Shown: positions 36,640-47,369 of the stretch, in pieces
Layout: the number at the start of each line of letters is the position of its first letter
How positions within the stretch are numbered: position 1 is the stretch's first letter
NCBI GenBank assembly: GCA_963663035.1
Contig: OY760074.1
Coordinates: 512,001 to 576,000, forward strand
Direction: 5' to 3'
Source of the DNA: Acidobacteriota bacterium
Lineage (GTDB): Bacteria; Acidobacteriota; UBA6911; RPQK01; JADFOI01
Length of the DNA: 64,000 nt
The notes under the pieces: model-generated
Database searches by the model: none
What the model saw: the letters and a program-made list of their open reading frames with translations, nothing else
What the model was told of the DNA's origin: nothing
Made by a program: the position numbers and the translations under genes

Positions 36640-37845
36640 GGACGACTGCCAGGAATCAAAGGTCAGATCGTCCTCCGTGTCACTCAGTCCGTCCAGTCCT
36701 GAGCTGGTGAGATAATAGAATGCGCCCACCGGGACGTAGCCGTACCGTAAACCGTCGTAGGGGTCAATCGGTTCTGGCTGATGTAGTCGCAGCTTTCGCC
36801 AGGCAGAGTAAACCGCCTGTGAGCTTTCTGGCAGTCGGCCCGTTCGTTGCCGGAACTCTTCAATCAGATCTGATAGCGTCCCGAAATCCTCCCTCACTTT
36901 TGCAAAGGCTTCAGTCTCAAGGAGGGCTGAGTTTTCTTGCCGGGCCAGTGCTGCCTGATTCAGTGCAGCTTCAACTTCAGGCCAAACTCTGACAAACAGG
37001 AGACTGCTGACCAGCAGAGGAAGCAGACCTACTGTTCCCACAATGGCCAGCGCCCGAGCAGATGCCCAGGACGAATCTTGCAAGTTTCCGGCTAGATCCG
37101 GATTCAGTGCTGCGATGCGGTCACACAGTGGAGGGTGTCCCATGAGCCAGCGCGCAAGGGTCAGCCAGCCGGTATTCATGTCATTTCTCTGTTGCACCAG
37201 AGCCTGTAAATTGACGCTTGGTCCTCGTTTACTTCCTGCTGACAAGATAGCCAGGCCGGCCAGTGCCCCGCGCTTGTCCCCGCACAGTGCTGCTCCGTAG
37301 CGGTCACAAGTGTATTCGCGAGCACGGGAATAGGCGGCACCCAGAAAAGGCACAAAGGAACCGGGTGCGTGCAGCCATGTCCAGTTGAGATGCCCTGCCT
37401 TAATGTGACCTAACTCATGCCCGATGATCATGTCCCGAGCGGCTAAGTTTTCTCCGCAAGCATCCAATAGGTCCGAGAAGAGGATAATCATTTTGGAGCG
37501 AAGAAACTTGGTCGCAAAGGCATTTAAGGTGCCACCCGCCTGCATGAGGTAAGCATCCGGAGCGTTCTTTAACCCTGCCCTGGCTGCAAGCTCCCGAACA
37601 CGCTGATCAAGCTCGGGAAACTGTTCGGGTCCCAAGCGGACGGCACTTCCTCGTACGTGAGCGACGAACATCAGGTGAACAAGGAAGAGGAAGCCTCCGA
37701 TGGCCAAGGCATAGATCAAACCGAGTATGGAAAGGATGATCAGGCCCCATATTGCAAGGGACACGAAAACAAGCACGACTCGAAGGGGTGCTTCACTGGG
37801 CCAACCTTCGATATGAACTGGGGGGAGATTGTTTGGGTCCTTCAT
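36616..37845 (-). CDS. M48 (HtpX-like) membrane zinc protease fused to a GspG-like C-terminal domain
   Basis: LNAFA, HELGH, SRAREYTCD, HPPLCDRI; C-terminal DPYDGLRYGY...SSGLDGLSDTEDDL. Confidence 0.85.
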   Translation of the reverse strand: MKDPNNLPPVHIEGWPSEAPLRVVLVFVSLAIWGLIILSILGLIYALAIGGFLFLVHLMFVAHVRGSAVRLGPEQFPELDQRVRELAARAGLKNAPDAYLMQAGGTLNAFATKFLRSKMIILFSDLLDACGENLAARDMIIGHELGHIKAGHLNWTWLHAPGSFVPFLGAAYSRAREYTCDRYGAALCGDKRGALAGLAILSAGSKRGPSVNLQALVQQRNDMNTGWLTLARWLMGHPPLCDRIAALNPDLAGNLQDSSWASARALAIVGTVGLLPLLVSSLLFVRVWPEVEAALNQAALARQENSALLETEAFAKVREDFGTLSDLIEEFRQRTGRLPESSQAVYSAWRKLRLHQPEPIDPYDGLRYGYVPVGAFYYLTSSGLDGLSDTEDDLTFDSWQSSLFVEAGQ

Positions 37846-37922
37846 GGCTCTGTCTCCTGTCGCCCTGTGGTTGATAGTCCGTGACCATGAGCGGTTCGGT
37901 GCTGTCCGCTCTGGAAAAGGTA

Positions 37923-37938
37923 TGCACCTGATGTGCCA
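37923..37938 (-). promoter_or_regulatory. Candidate sigma54 (-24/-12) promoter for the M48 gene
   Basis: Minus strand TGGCACATCAGGTGCA = TGGCAC with GG-N10-GC, ~80 nt upstream of the ATG. AT-rich IHF-like site at 37981-37993. Confidence 0.6.
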
Positions 37939-38116
37939 GCTTTGACTTGTGATGCAAATATACTGTCATAAGATATTGTCAATAAATAACTTATCCACCC
38001 CGGGAGTCATGCTTTAATAATGCAGCTTTTGAGATTTCTCAAGCCGATGTTAACAGTGGTTTACAAGGGTATGGTGTGGCACTAAATGAGCAACCGTGCT
38101 AGATTAAGCAGGTACA

Positions 38117-38911
38117 ATGAAGCACGATTCCAGCAAAGCCCGAAACCCCCAAAGCCCGACAGAACCAGAGCACGAACCCAGCGAACGCACCACCCATGAA
38201 CAGGTGCTGATAGTGGGCAAACTGGCGGTTCTGATGGGAGTCTTGATCGCGGTTGGACTCTCCGGCGCATACATGGGGATGAGATTGGCTGTGGGTGGGT
38301 CAGAAGTAGAGGTGCCCTCGATCATTGGACAGCCGCTGGAAACGGCAACGGAGATACTTGAGCAGGTCAACCTGCAGAGGGAGGTCGTTGGAGAGCGATT
38401 CGACTCGGAGGCTCTCAGGGGAGTCGTTCTTTCGCAGGCCCCTCTAGCGGGGGGAACGATCAAGGCACAACGAAAAGTTCAGGTCATTCTGAGCCTGGGA
38501 GTCAAGAACAGTCCCGTTCCAGATCTGAGAGGGGCTCCTCTCAGAGTGGCACGATTGATGGCCTCACAAGCAGGCTTCGAATTGGGAAATATCAGCGAAG
38601 TCTCCATGGGCGAGTTCCCGAAAGGACAGATTGTTCAGCAGTATCCGCCTCCAAACTCGAAGGAGCTCCTCAGTCCGATGATTGATGTCCTGGTGAGTGA
38701 TGGAACCGTTTCTCGCTATGTAATGCCCGATATCACGAACCAGAGTTTGAACACGGTACTTCTGTTCTTTGAGAAAAATGGTTTCAAACTGGGCGAGATT
38801 CAGTACAGGGATTCTGCGACTGTTTCCAGAGGTGCTGTGGTGAAGCAATTCCCGGAGCCCGGCTACATGTTGACAGATGGAGACACCATTAATCTGGAGA
38901 TAGCACGCTGA
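38117..38911 (+). CDS. Membrane-anchored PASTA-domain protein (three PASTA repeats, no kinase)
   Basis: TM followed by VPSIIG..QAP.AG, VPDLRG..QYPPP and MPDIT..QFPEPG repeats. Confidence 0.88.
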   Translation: MKHDSSKARNPQSPTEPEHEPSERTTHEQVLIVGKLAVLMGVLIAVGLSGAYMGMRLAVGGSEVEVPSIIGQPLETATEILEQVNLQREVVGERFDSEALRGVVLSQAPLAGGTIKAQRKVQVILSLGVKNSPVPDLRGAPLRVARLMASQAGFELGNISEVSMGEFPKGQIVQQYPPPNSKELLSPMIDVLVSDGTVSRYVMPDITNQSLNTVLLFFEKNGFKLGEIQYRDSATVSRGAVVKQFPEPGYMLTDGDTINLEIAR

Positions 38912-39603
38912 TGGCTCTGATCGCACCGTCTCTTCTGTCGGCAGACTTTCTCAGTTTGGGACAAGAAGTTCGCAGAATGCAAGAGGCCGGAGCCGAGATT
39001 CTCCACGTCGATGTCATGGATGGTCATTTTGTGCCCAATCTGACCATTGGTCTACCCGTGGTGGAAGTGCTCAGAAGCAGCACGGATCTCCTGCTGGATG
39101 TACACCTGATGATCTCCAATCCTGACCAGATGGCTGAAGCCTATATTGATGCCGGAGCAGATTATCTCAGTGTTCACTATGAGGCAGCCAACCACTTGGA
39201 CAGTCTCTTGGAGAGAATTCGTGAGAAGGGAGCCCAGCCGGGTGTGGCTCTCAATCCAGATACACCTGTCTCAGTCTTGGAAGAAGTCTTGAAGAGATGC
39301 CACCATGTAGTGGTGATGTCGGTGCATCCAGGATTTGGTGGCCAAAACTTCATTTCAAATAGCTTCCAAAAAGTGAGAGAATTAAGGTCACTGATTGATT
39401 CACAGAATTTAAATATAAAGATCGAAATTGATGGAGGAATGGGGCCGGACAATACGGAAGAAGCGGTGCGTTCTGGTGTAGATATAGTGGTGGCCGGATC
39501 GGCAATCTTTCGTTCCAGCAGTTCAAAAGAAAGTTTTCAGCAAATGGGACGGCTCGCGGAAGGAGCTGTAGTCTTGAAGGGGAATGATGCGATTTCTGTC
39601 TAA
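38911..39603 (+). CDS. rpe: Ribulose-phosphate 3-epimerase
   Basis: IAPSLLSADF, HVDVMDGHFVPNLT, DVHLM, MSVHPGFGGQ, IDGG, VAGSAIF. Confidence 0.97.
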   Translation: MALIAPSLLSADFLSLGQEVRRMQEAGAEILHVDVMDGHFVPNLTIGLPVVEVLRSSTDLLLDVHLMISNPDQMAEAYIDAGADYLSVHYEAANHLDSLLERIREKGAQPGVALNPDTPVSVLEEVLKRCHHVVVMSVHPGFGGQNFISNSFQKVRELRSLIDSQNLNIKIEIDGGMGPDNTEEAVRSGVDIVVAGSAIFRSSSSKESFQQMGRLAEGAVVLKGNDAISV

Positions 39604-40570
39604 ACTCCTGGTCTTGAGCCTGGCTGCACTTTTACTCTCCGCTTGTGGACAGAAAAGTGCGGGTTTGCAGGAAGCAGCAATTGCACCGGATAAGTTGTTG
39701 TATGAGAATGGCCGGACGTTTCTTGAAAAGAGCCAGTTTATCCAGGCAAGATTGGCTTTCCAGACTTTGGTGAACGCCTATCCGGACAGCGAGCATACAC
39801 CGGCCTCATTCTTGTCAATTGCTGACTCCTATTACCTCGAAGCCGGAAGAGCAAATCTCCTGCAGGCGGAAGCTCAGTATAAAGACTTTATTATCTTTTA
39901 TCCCACCCATGAGATCGCCGACGACGCGCAAATGAAGATTGCCGCCGTCAATGTGAGATTGATGAGAGCCCCCGACCGAGACCCGACTTACGCTATAAAA
40001 GCTGAGAGGGAGCTGAAAGAGTTTTTAGAGAAATTTCCCCAGAGCGAGCTGGCACCCACTGCGGAAGAATTCCTGCGGGAGGTTCAGGAAAATCTAGCCC
40101 GCGGAATTCAAGGGATCGGAAATTTCTATTTCAGTAAGAATTCATATCTGGCTTCAGAAAGCCGGTACAAGGAAGTATTGGAAGAGTTTCCAGACTACAG
40201 CAGAGCAGACCAGGCTTTGTCTCGATTGGCTCAATCGCTAGAGATTCTGGGTCGAATTGAGGAGGCTTCCGTCTATTATTCCCGGCTGGTTTCCGAATAC
40301 CCCTTCAGTGAGTACGCTGGGGGTGCGGAGGAAAAGCTGATCTTGCTTGAAAAGCCGGTGCCGCCGCTAGACCCTGTTGCTGTGGCCAGGAATGAAGCCA
40401 ATCGAAGGAACGATGAGGGATTCTCGCCCTTGACACCCCTTCGTGAGGTGTGGGGAATCTTTTCTGCTCCGGAGGATCCTTACGAGGTAGCACGGAAACG
40501 AGTCGAAGAACGCCAAGAGCAGGAGCAGTCTGACGCTCAGCAGGATTCCCCAGGCAACGGCAAGGACTAA
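39584..40570 (+). CDS. bamD: Outer membrane protein assembly lipoprotein BamD
   Basis: Lipobox LSAC, TPR-like repeats (YPDS, FYPTH, FPQS, FPDY), DRDPT. Confidence 0.85.
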   Translation: MMRFLSKLLVLSLAALLLSACGQKSAGLQEAAIAPDKLLYENGRTFLEKSQFIQARLAFQTLVNAYPDSEHTPASFLSIADSYYLEAGRANLLQAEAQYKDFIIFYPTHEIADDAQMKIAAVNVRLMRAPDRDPTYAIKAERELKEFLEKFPQSELAPTAEEFLREVQENLARGIQGIGNFYFSKNSYLASESRYKEVLEEFPDYSRADQALSRLAQSLEILGRIEEASVYYSRLVSEYPFSEYAGGAEEKLILLEKPVPPLDPVAVARNEANRRNDEGFSPLTPLREVWGIFSAPEDPYEVARKRVEERQEQEQSDAQQDSPGNGKD

Positions 40571-40763
40571 AGCCCGGATTATGCATAAATTCTCTACTGC
40601 AGCGACGAAATCATCCGCCCTGCCCGCGTTGCGCGACCCGCAAGCGGGTACCCCTCGGCTCCTCAACGTACTCAAGAGTACGTTTGCGGGGGCCTCCGTC
40701 GCGCGCCTTGTCAGGCCGGCGCTTTCGTCGCTTCATGACGAGAACCTATGCATAAACCGGGCT
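40571..40763. mobile_element. Palindromic MITE-like element, copy 3 (193 bp)
   Basis: AGCCCGGATTATGCATAAATTCTC...GAGAACCTATGCATAAACCGGGCT, immediately after the bamD stop. Shares the AACGTACTCAAGAGTACGTT hairpin with copy 2. Confidence 0.85.
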
Positions 40764-40774
40764 GGTGTCTCGTT

Positions 40775-41494
40775 ATGCCCCACCTGATCCTGGCGGAGGA
40801 CAGCCCCACAATCCAGAAACTTATTCAACTCTGTTTCAAGGCAGAGGAGTTTGAAGTCCATTGTTTTGTGGATAGAAGGTCCACACTGGAGTATCTCGAG
40901 ACCCAACCCGCTGATGTCCTGTTGGTGGACATTTCCATTCCTGACCTGGGCGGCTATGAATTGTGTCGAGCGGTGAAGCAAAACCCCAAGACAGAGTCTC
41001 TTCCAGTGGTCTTGCTGGTGGGGGTGTTTGACAGTTTTGATGTGGAGCGAGCTGAGCAGGCTGGCTACACTTGTCGACTGACCAAGCCTATAGGAACTCA
41101 AGAGTTAGTTGATTTGGTCAAGAAGTTACTGGATGCACCCAGCTCTCCTCCAGGCTCCTCAAAATTAGAGCCAAAGTTACCTGACGTCAGCACTTTGGGT
41201 AGAGCATTTGACCTCCCTGTTGTCCCTGAGATCGGGGAAAGGGAGGAAGAGCCCCTTTTCTTCTTGACCCCCTCCCAGTGTCAAGCCAGTGCTGTATCGT
41301 ACACTCGGGAAATGATCGCGGAGGTGAAGACCCAGTCCGCTGTTGAGGATCACGGGATATCTTCGCTGGAGACTCCTCTCAGAAGAGATGAAGTGGATTT
41401 GCTGGCAAACAGATTATTCGAGCTTCTCCGACCTGAGTTCCGTCGCATGCTGTCCCAGGTGACCCAGGAGATTGTGAAACGGGGCACAGTCTGA
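40775..41494 (+). CDS. Response regulator receiver domain with Pro-rich linker and C-terminal helix (RomR-like)
   Basis: [17 protein letters not shown]; [10 protein letters not shown] in place of the usual T/S switch. Start at 40775, since ATG 40748 lies in the repeat. Confidence 0.8.
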   Translation: MPHLILAEDSPTIQKLIQLCFKAEEFEVHCFVDRRSTLEYLETQPADVLLVDISIPDLGGYELCRAVKQNPKTESLPVVLLVGVFDSFDVERAEQAGYTCRLTKPIGTQELVDLVKKLLDAPSSPPGSSKLEPKLPDVSTLGRAFDLPVVPEIGEREEEPLFFLTPSQCQASAVSYTREMIAEVKTQSAVEDHGISSLETPLRRDEVDLLANRLFELLRPEFRRMLSQVTQEIVKRGTV

Positions 41495-41552
41495 TTTTGT
41501 TATATTCCCTTTTTTCTCAGATCCCGTCGAAAAGGCCAGGATTCCAGTGTCT

Positions 41553-44213
41553 ATGAGCGAGACTATTGCTAAAGCATACGAGCCAGCTCGAGTGGAGACG
41601 AAGTGGTATCGCTGGTGGAAAGAAAAGGGTTACTTTCAAGCCGATGCTGATTCGGAAAAGCCACACTATTCCATCGTCTTGCCGCCACCAAACGTGACCG
41701 GCAAGCTTCACCTGGGTCATGCCCTGAACATCACCTTGCAGGACATTCTTATCCGCTGGAAGCGGATGAACGGGTTCGATGTGCTCTGGCTGCCCGGGAC
41801 GGATCACGCCGGGATTGCCACCCAAAACGTGGTGGAACGCCAGTTGGCCGAACAGGGCAAAAGACGAGTTGACCTGGGCCGTGAGAAGTTCGAAAAGATA
41901 GTCTGGGAGTGGAAGGACACGGCTGAGAAAAATATCTTGGACCAAGCCCGACGGTTAGGTTGTTCCTGGGATTGGAGTCGCAAGCGGTTTACCTTGGATG
42001 AAGGGCTCGCCCGCGCCGTTCGAGAGGTTTTCGTTCGGCTCCACCGAGATGGCCTCATTTACCAAGGCGAATACCTGGTCAACTGGTGTCCCCGCTGTGC
42101 CACGGCCATTTCCGATCTGGAAGTGGAATACGCGCCTCGGGAAGGTCAGCTTTGGCACATCCGCTATCCGATCCAGGGGCAGGAGGATTCTGTGGTGGTG
42201 GCTACCACGCGGCCCGAAACCATGCTGGGCGACACGGCGGTGGCGGTTCATCCTGAAGACGAAAGATACACTTCTTTACAGGGTCGGAGTGTTCTGTTGC
42301 CCTTAATGGATCGGGTGATACCCGTTATCACCGATACTTTTGTGGAGAGAGAGTTTGGGACCGGGGTGGTGAAGGTCACGCCCGGACATGATCCCAACGA
42401 TTTTGAAGCTGGAAAACGTCACGGACTCCTCCTTCTCAAGGTTATCGGGGAGGACGGGAAGATGACCGAAGCAGCAGGAGCTTATGCGGGCATGGACCGT
42501 TTCGAAGCCCGAAAAAAGGTGGTCGCTGACCTGCAGGAGCAGGGCTTACTCATCGAGATTGAGGACCACTCCTACAACATAGGTCTCTGCCAACGCTGTG
42601 AGACGGTAGTCGAACCTCTGGTGTCGAAACAGTGGTTTGTCAAAGTTAAACCACTGGCAGAGGCAGCCATTCAGGCTGTGGAAGAGCAGCAGACCGTTTT
42701 TGTTCCAGAGAATTACCAACGGGTTTACTTTGAATGGATGCGCAACATTCACGATTGGTGTATTAGCCGACAGCTCTGGTGGGGGCATAGGATCCCGGCC
42801 TGGTATTGTGATGACTGTGGAGAAGTCACGGTAGAGCAGGTGGAGCCTTCTACCTGCTCCCACTGTCAAGGTGCTTCACTAAAACAGGACCCCGATGTCC
42901 TGGATACCTGGTTTAGCTCAGCGTTGTGGCCCTTTTCCACGATGGGATGGCCGGATCAAACGAAAGATCTCGAGGTCTACTATCCAACCCAGACTCTGGT
43001 TACGGGTTTTGACATCATTTTCTTTTGGGTAGCACGCATGATGATGATGGGGCTCCGCTTTATGAAAGCGGTGCCCTTCAGCACCGTCCATATTAACGGT
43101 CTTATCCGAGACGAGCATGGGAAAAAGATGTCGAAGTCTCGGGGCAATGTCATTGATCCGCTGCAGATCATGGATGAGTTTGGCACCGATGCCCTGCGCT
43201 TTACACTGGCCGTGCTGGCAGTACCGGGCACGGATGTCCCCTTTTCCATCAGTCGCATGACGGGCTACCGTGCATTCTGCAACAAGATTTGGAACGCGGT
43301 TCGGTTCCTGCTCTTGAACCTGGGGGATGAAAAGGTTGTCAGTGAGCAGGAAATGGATCAGCTGAGGCGCCAGGACCAGCTCGATTTGGGAGAGCGGTGG
43401 ATACTCAGTCGACTTCAGACGGTTGTCGCTGAAACCAATGAAAATCTGGAGAGATTCCGTTTTCACGAGGCCAGCAATGGGCTGTATCATTTCTTCTGGC
43501 ACGAGGTCTGTGATTGGTTCATAGAACTGGCAAAGATCGGTTTTGCCGGCCAGGATTCGGAAAAAGGGAGAAAAACTGGCCGCTTCGCAGCCTACATTCT
43601 GGAAAATTGTCTCCGCTTGCTGCACCCTTTCATTCCTTTCATAACCGAGGAATTGTGGCAGGAGCTTCCCCATTCAGGGGACTCATTGATGGTTGCCCCG
43701 TTCCCGGTGGCTCGCCAGGAATGGATTGACAGAGCGGCTGAAAAGGAAATGGAGGGACTGCAGGAATTGGTGACCGCCATTCGGACGGCCAGATCAGAGA
43801 ACAACATCGATCCGCGCAAGAAGATCCCGCTGCAGTTGTTGTGCAAACAAGAGTATAGGTTGTTCCTCCAATCCCAGCTGCCCTTCATAAAGAGTCTGGC
43901 CCAGCTCGAGGAGGTGGAATTTGTCTCCCAGCTGGAGACAGAAGGTCTCCGCGTCCAGGGAGTTTCCCGAATGGCCGATTTCGTACTGGTCCTGGACCAG
44001 GTTATTGATATTGCAGCGGACCGCGAACGTTTGAGCCGGCAGATCGGCCGCTCTACGGTGAAGCTCCAGCAGCTGCAGAAGAAGCTGCAAGATCCTGACT
44101 TTCTCAAGAAGGCCCCTCAGCGGGTGGTTGTTGCTGCCCGCCAGCGTCACCAGGAAGCGGTCGAACAGCTGAAGAAACTACAGGTAAAACTGGATGGACT
44201 TTCTCAGCCTTGA
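41553..44213 (+). CDS. valS: Valine--tRNA ligase
   Basis: [46 protein letters not shown]-terminal coiled coil. Confidence 0.98.
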   Translation: MSETIAKAYEPARVETKWYRWWKEKGYFQADADSEKPHYSIVLPPPNVTGKLHLGHALNITLQDILIRWKRMNGFDVLWLPGTDHAGIATQNVVERQLAEQGKRRVDLGREKFEKIVWEWKDTAEKNILDQARRLGCSWDWSRKRFTLDEGLARAVREVFVRLHRDGLIYQGEYLVNWCPRCATAISDLEVEYAPREGQLWHIRYPIQGQEDSVVVATTRPETMLGDTAVAVHPEDERYTSLQGRSVLLPLMDRVIPVITDTFVEREFGTGVVKVTPGHDPNDFEAGKRHGLLLLKVIGEDGKMTEAAGAYAGMDRFEARKKVVADLQEQGLLIEIEDHSYNIGLCQRCETVVEPLVSKQWFVKVKPLAEAAIQAVEEQQTVFVPENYQRVYFEWMRNIHDWCISRQLWWGHRIPAWYCDDCGEVTVEQVEPSTCSHCQGASLKQDPDVLDTWFSSALWPFSTMGWPDQTKDLEVYYPTQTLVTGFDIIFFWVARMMMMGLRFMKAVPFSTVHINGLIRDEHGKKMSKSRGNVIDPLQIMDEFGTDALRFTLAVLAVPGTDVPFSISRMTGYRAFCNKIWNAVRFLLLNLGDEKVVSEQEMDQLRRQDQLDLGERWILSRLQTVVAETNENLERFRFHEASNGLYHFFWHEVCDWFIELAKIGFAGQDSEKGRKTGRFAAYILENCLRLLHPFIPFITEELWQELPHSGDSLMVAPFPVARQEWIDRAAEKEMEGLQELVTAIRTARSENNIDPRKKIPLQLLCKQEYRLFLQSQLPFIKSLAQLEEVEFVSQLETEGLRVQGVSRMADFVLVLDQVIDIAADRERLSRQIGRSTVKLQQLQKKLQDPDFLKKAPQRVVVAARQRHQEAVEQLKKLQVKLDGLSQP

Positions 44214-45060
44214 TCCACTCTTAAAACAAGCTCTTCAGGAAGACCTGGGTCGCGGCGATATTACGACCGAGGCCATCCTTGGAATGTCCAAATCCTCGCT
44301 AAGAGGTGCAATTCAGGCCCAGGCTGTCCTGGTGGGCAAAGAGAAGTTCATTCTGGCTGGCTGGCCCATTTTCGTGCGGGTTTTTCAGCTCCTGGGGGAG
44401 GTGCAGGCCCAGACTAGTTTTGAGGAGGGTGCCCAGGTTGAACAGGAAAGTACAGTAGGGAAGTTGTCAGGAGCGGCTTCTCTACTGCTCAAGGGTGAAC
44501 GTGTGGCAATGAACTTCTTACAGCGCATGAGCGGAGTGGCCACCCAGACTCGAAAATATGTCGAGCTCGTTGCCCACACCACAGCGAAGGTCTTGGATAC
44601 ACGCAAGACCACCCCTTTGTGGCGAAGCCTCGAAAGGTATGCGGTGAGAACAGGAGGGGGGCTGAATCACAGGTTTGGTTTGGATGATGGCATTCTGATT
44701 AAAGAAAATCACATTGCCATAGCCGGGGGAATTGAGGCGGCCCTGGATGCCTGCCGGAGCCGACTGAAGCACCTTCACAAAATCGAGATCGAGGTGAGGA
44801 ATCTCGAAGAGGTTTCCCAAGCCATCAATGCAGGAGCAGAGGTGTTGCTGTTGGACAATATGAGTACCCAAGAAGTTCAAGAAGCCGTCCAGGCTGTTAA
44901 GGGTCGCTGTGTGTTGGAGGTCTCCGGTGGTGTCAACGAAAGCAATATTGTGAAATATGCTGAGGCGGGAGTGGACTTTATTTCTCTGGGGACTTTGACG
45001 CACTCCTCCCCGTCGGTGGATTTAAGCCTAATTTTGAAGCCTGATCTTGAAGGCATATGA
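44194..45060 (+). CDS. nadC: Quinolinate phosphoribosyltransferase
   Basis: [38 protein letters not shown]. Confidence 0.96.
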   Translation: MDFLSLDPLLKQALQEDLGRGDITTEAILGMSKSSLRGAIQAQAVLVGKEKFILAGWPIFVRVFQLLGEVQAQTSFEEGAQVEQESTVGKLSGAASLLLKGERVAMNFLQRMSGVATQTRKYVELVAHTTAKVLDTRKTTPLWRSLERYAVRTGGGLNHRFGLDDGILIKENHIAIAGGIEAALDACRSRLKHLHKIEIEVRNLEEVSQAINAGAEVLLLDNMSTQEVQEAVQAVKGRCVLEVSGGVNESNIVKYAEAGVDFISLGTLTHSSPSVDLSLILKPDLEGI

Positions 45061-45686
45061 GGGTTGAGAAACGCGAGAAGGGTCAACTCTTCAGGCAGTT
45101 TGACTATTTGGATCTTGTTGATTCTACAAACGACTATTTGAAAGCGTTTGTAGAAGATGGTGAGCCCCTAATGGTCGTGGCCCGGGAACAAACAGCCGGA
45201 AAAGGGCGCTTTGATCGCAAGTGGTACTCACCCCCTGAGGAGGGCTTATATGTGTCCTATCTGTTCTATCCCGGGTGGAGGGTGGAGCATTCCCCCTTCT
45301 TAAACATACTCTCGGGACTAGCGGTAGTCCGTACCATACAAGAGGAGAGCGTCTCAGACCTTCAGCTCAAACTGAAGCTTCCCAACGACATCTTGCTGGA
45401 AGGGAAAAAGGTGGGAGGAATTTTGACCGAGACCAGTAGCCTCCATGATCAAATTCTTTGGGCCATCGTTGGAATTGGGGTCAATCTCTACCAGAGATCT
45501 TTTCCCAAGGATCTAGACCAGAAGGCAACATCCCTTTCCTTGGAAGGGGTAACTGTGGGCCATCGGCTGGACTTTTGTGACAGTCTGACCCGGCAGTTCG
45601 AGCTCCTTTACCGCCAACTTGAAACGGGAGCGTGGGAGGTTGTTCAGGCAGAATTTGAAGAGCAGCTGACGGCACTCGACCCATGA
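45057..45686 (+). CDS. birA: Biotin--protein ligase (catalytic domain only)
   Basis: DSTND, QTAGKGR..W.S, KLPND, KVGGIL.E, VGIGVN. Confidence 0.9.
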   Translation: MRVEKREKGQLFRQFDYLDLVDSTNDYLKAFVEDGEPLMVVAREQTAGKGRFDRKWYSPPEEGLYVSYLFYPGWRVEHSPFLNILSGLAVVRTIQEESVSDLQLKLKLPNDILLEGKKVGGILTETSSLHDQILWAIVGIGVNLYQRSFPKDLDQKATSLSLEGVTVGHRLDFCDSLTRQFELLYRQLETGAWEVVQAEFEEQLTALDP

Positions 45687-46639
45687 ACATTTTTAGCTAT
45701 CAGGAAGGACCCGGCTACTTCAAGCGGCTCCAGGAAGCTCTGAAGACGACCAAGGATGATCTCGGGTATCGGATTCATCAGGCGATGGGTACGACGGAGA
45801 GTCCATTGAGGGAGGATCAAATCGAAGAGCTGGAAGAGATCTTGATCAGTGCGGACATTGGGGTCCAGACGACCTTGCAGATTGTTGAAAGGGTGCGGGA
45901 GGAGACTCGTGGGCAGAGAATCGTGACCCGTGACAGGGTCAACCGAATGATTCGGGAGGAGATGCTCGACATCTTGAAGGCCAGCCAAGTTCTGCCCCAT
46001 GAGAGTTTCCCCACCTCTGGCCCTCACGTCGTTTTTGTGGTTGGGGTTAATGGTGTCGGGAAAACGACCACTGTCGGTAAACTGGCTCATCGTCTGAGTC
46101 AGAATGGGAAGGAGGTGCTGATTTGCGCATCGGATACCTTTCGGGCAGCGGCGGTCGAACAACTCATGATCTGGGCCGAGCGAACCCAGACGGACATCGT
46201 CAAACAGGGCTCGGGAGCAGATCCGGCAGCCGTCTTGTTTGATGCCATCGCGGCAAGCAAGGCCAGAAAGAAGGATGTTCTCATCGTCGACACCGCTGGT
46301 CGTCTTCACACCCAGACCCATCTCATGCGAGAGGTGGAGAAAATGAAGCGTATTGCGGGGGAGCAGGTCGAAGGCGCTCCCCACGAGATCTATTGGATTC
46401 TGGATGCAACCACAGGCCAGAATGGGTTAAATCAGGCACGAGAGTTTTACGATAGGATTGGAATGACTGGGATCATTGTCACCAAATTGGATGGGACTGC
46501 CAAAGGGGGAATCCTGGTTGCCATCGCCAGAGAATTCAACATTCCCATCCTTTATATTGGAATCGGAGAGAGTCAGGAAGATCTCATCCCGTTCTCAGCG
46601 GAGGCTTTTGTTGACTCTCTGGAGCTGGAACAGTCTTAG
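45683..46639 (+). CDS. ftsY: SRP receptor FtsY
   Basis: GVNGVGKTTT, DTFRAAA, DTAGR, TKLDGTAKGG. Confidence 0.97.
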   Translation: MNIFSYQEGPGYFKRLQEALKTTKDDLGYRIHQAMGTTESPLREDQIEELEEILISADIGVQTTLQIVERVREETRGQRIVTRDRVNRMIREEMLDILKASQVLPHESFPTSGPHVVFVVGVNGVGKTTTVGKLAHRLSQNGKEVLICASDTFRAAAVEQLMIWAERTQTDIVKQGSGADPAAVLFDAIAASKARKKDVLIVDTAGRLHTQTHLMREVEKMKRIAGEQVEGAPHEIYWILDATTGQNGLNQAREFYDRIGMTGIIVTKLDGTAKGGILVAIAREFNIPILYIGIGESQEDLIPFSAEAFVDSLELEQS

Positions 46640-47337
46640 CCTCTCCGGTAGTCCCGGCGCGCGGGTTCGCGTGCAAAAAGCCAGATCAGAATCACGCCCG
46701 ATAAGAACCCACCGATATGGGCCCACCAGGCCACTCCTCCCGTCATGTCGGAGACCGCACCTATCGAAGCCATTCCATTGAAAAGCTGAACAGAGAACCA
46801 GAATCCCATGAGCAGCAGAGCCGGGAGTTCCACAACGGGCCAAATGATCAACAAGGGGAGTAACGTCGACACTCGCGCCAGCGGATAACTGATCAGATAG
46901 GCCCCCAGCACCCCAGCTACCGCACCGCTGGCTCCGATTGTGGGGATTCGGCTAGTCAGGTTGAAGAGAACGTGCGCCCCGCCTGCCAGAACGCCACACA
47001 ACAGATAGAAGAAGAGGAAACGAAGGGGGCCCATTCGGTCCTCAACGTTATCTCCAAAGATCCACAAAAACCATATGTTTCCCAGCAAGTGAATAATGCC
47101 GCCGTGTAGGAACATGGAAGTCACCAGAGAGCTTCCCATGTAAGCAAAGAGCGGAATGGCAGATTGTCCACCGAGCTGCAATTTGGAGGGAACAATTCCA
47201 TAAGAAAAGAAAAGGTCATCCAGAACTGCTGATGGTAGAGACAACTCGTAAAGAAATGCAGCGACATTGGCCAGGATCAGCATCACGGTGATGACCGGGA
47301 AACGCCGGGATGGAACATTGTCTTTGAAGGGAATCAC
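46636..47337 (-). CDS. Rhomboid intramembrane serine protease
   Basis: FLHGG..HLLGN, GASGA, AWWAHIGGF. Confidence 0.95.
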   Translation of the reverse strand: MIPFKDNVPSRRFPVITVMLILANVAAFLYELSLPSAVLDDLFFSYGIVPSKLQLGGQSAIPLFAYMGSSLVTSMFLHGGIIHLLGNIWFLWIFGDNVEDRMGPLRFLFFYLLCGVLAGGAHVLFNLTSRIPTIGASGAVAGVLGAYLISYPLARVSTLLPLLIIWPVVELPALLLMGFWFSVQLFNGMASIGAVSDMTGGVAWWAHIGGFLSGVILIWLFAREPARRDYRRG

Positions 47338-47369
47338 GTGTTAAAGGACCAGTGAGTCGGATCTCAGGG

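Noticed and set aside
40581-40787. 68-aa ORF MHKFSTAATK..., plus 7925-8119, 13141-13437 and 40367-40675
   Set aside because: These are translations of the repeat element or shadow frames, with no independent coding evidence.
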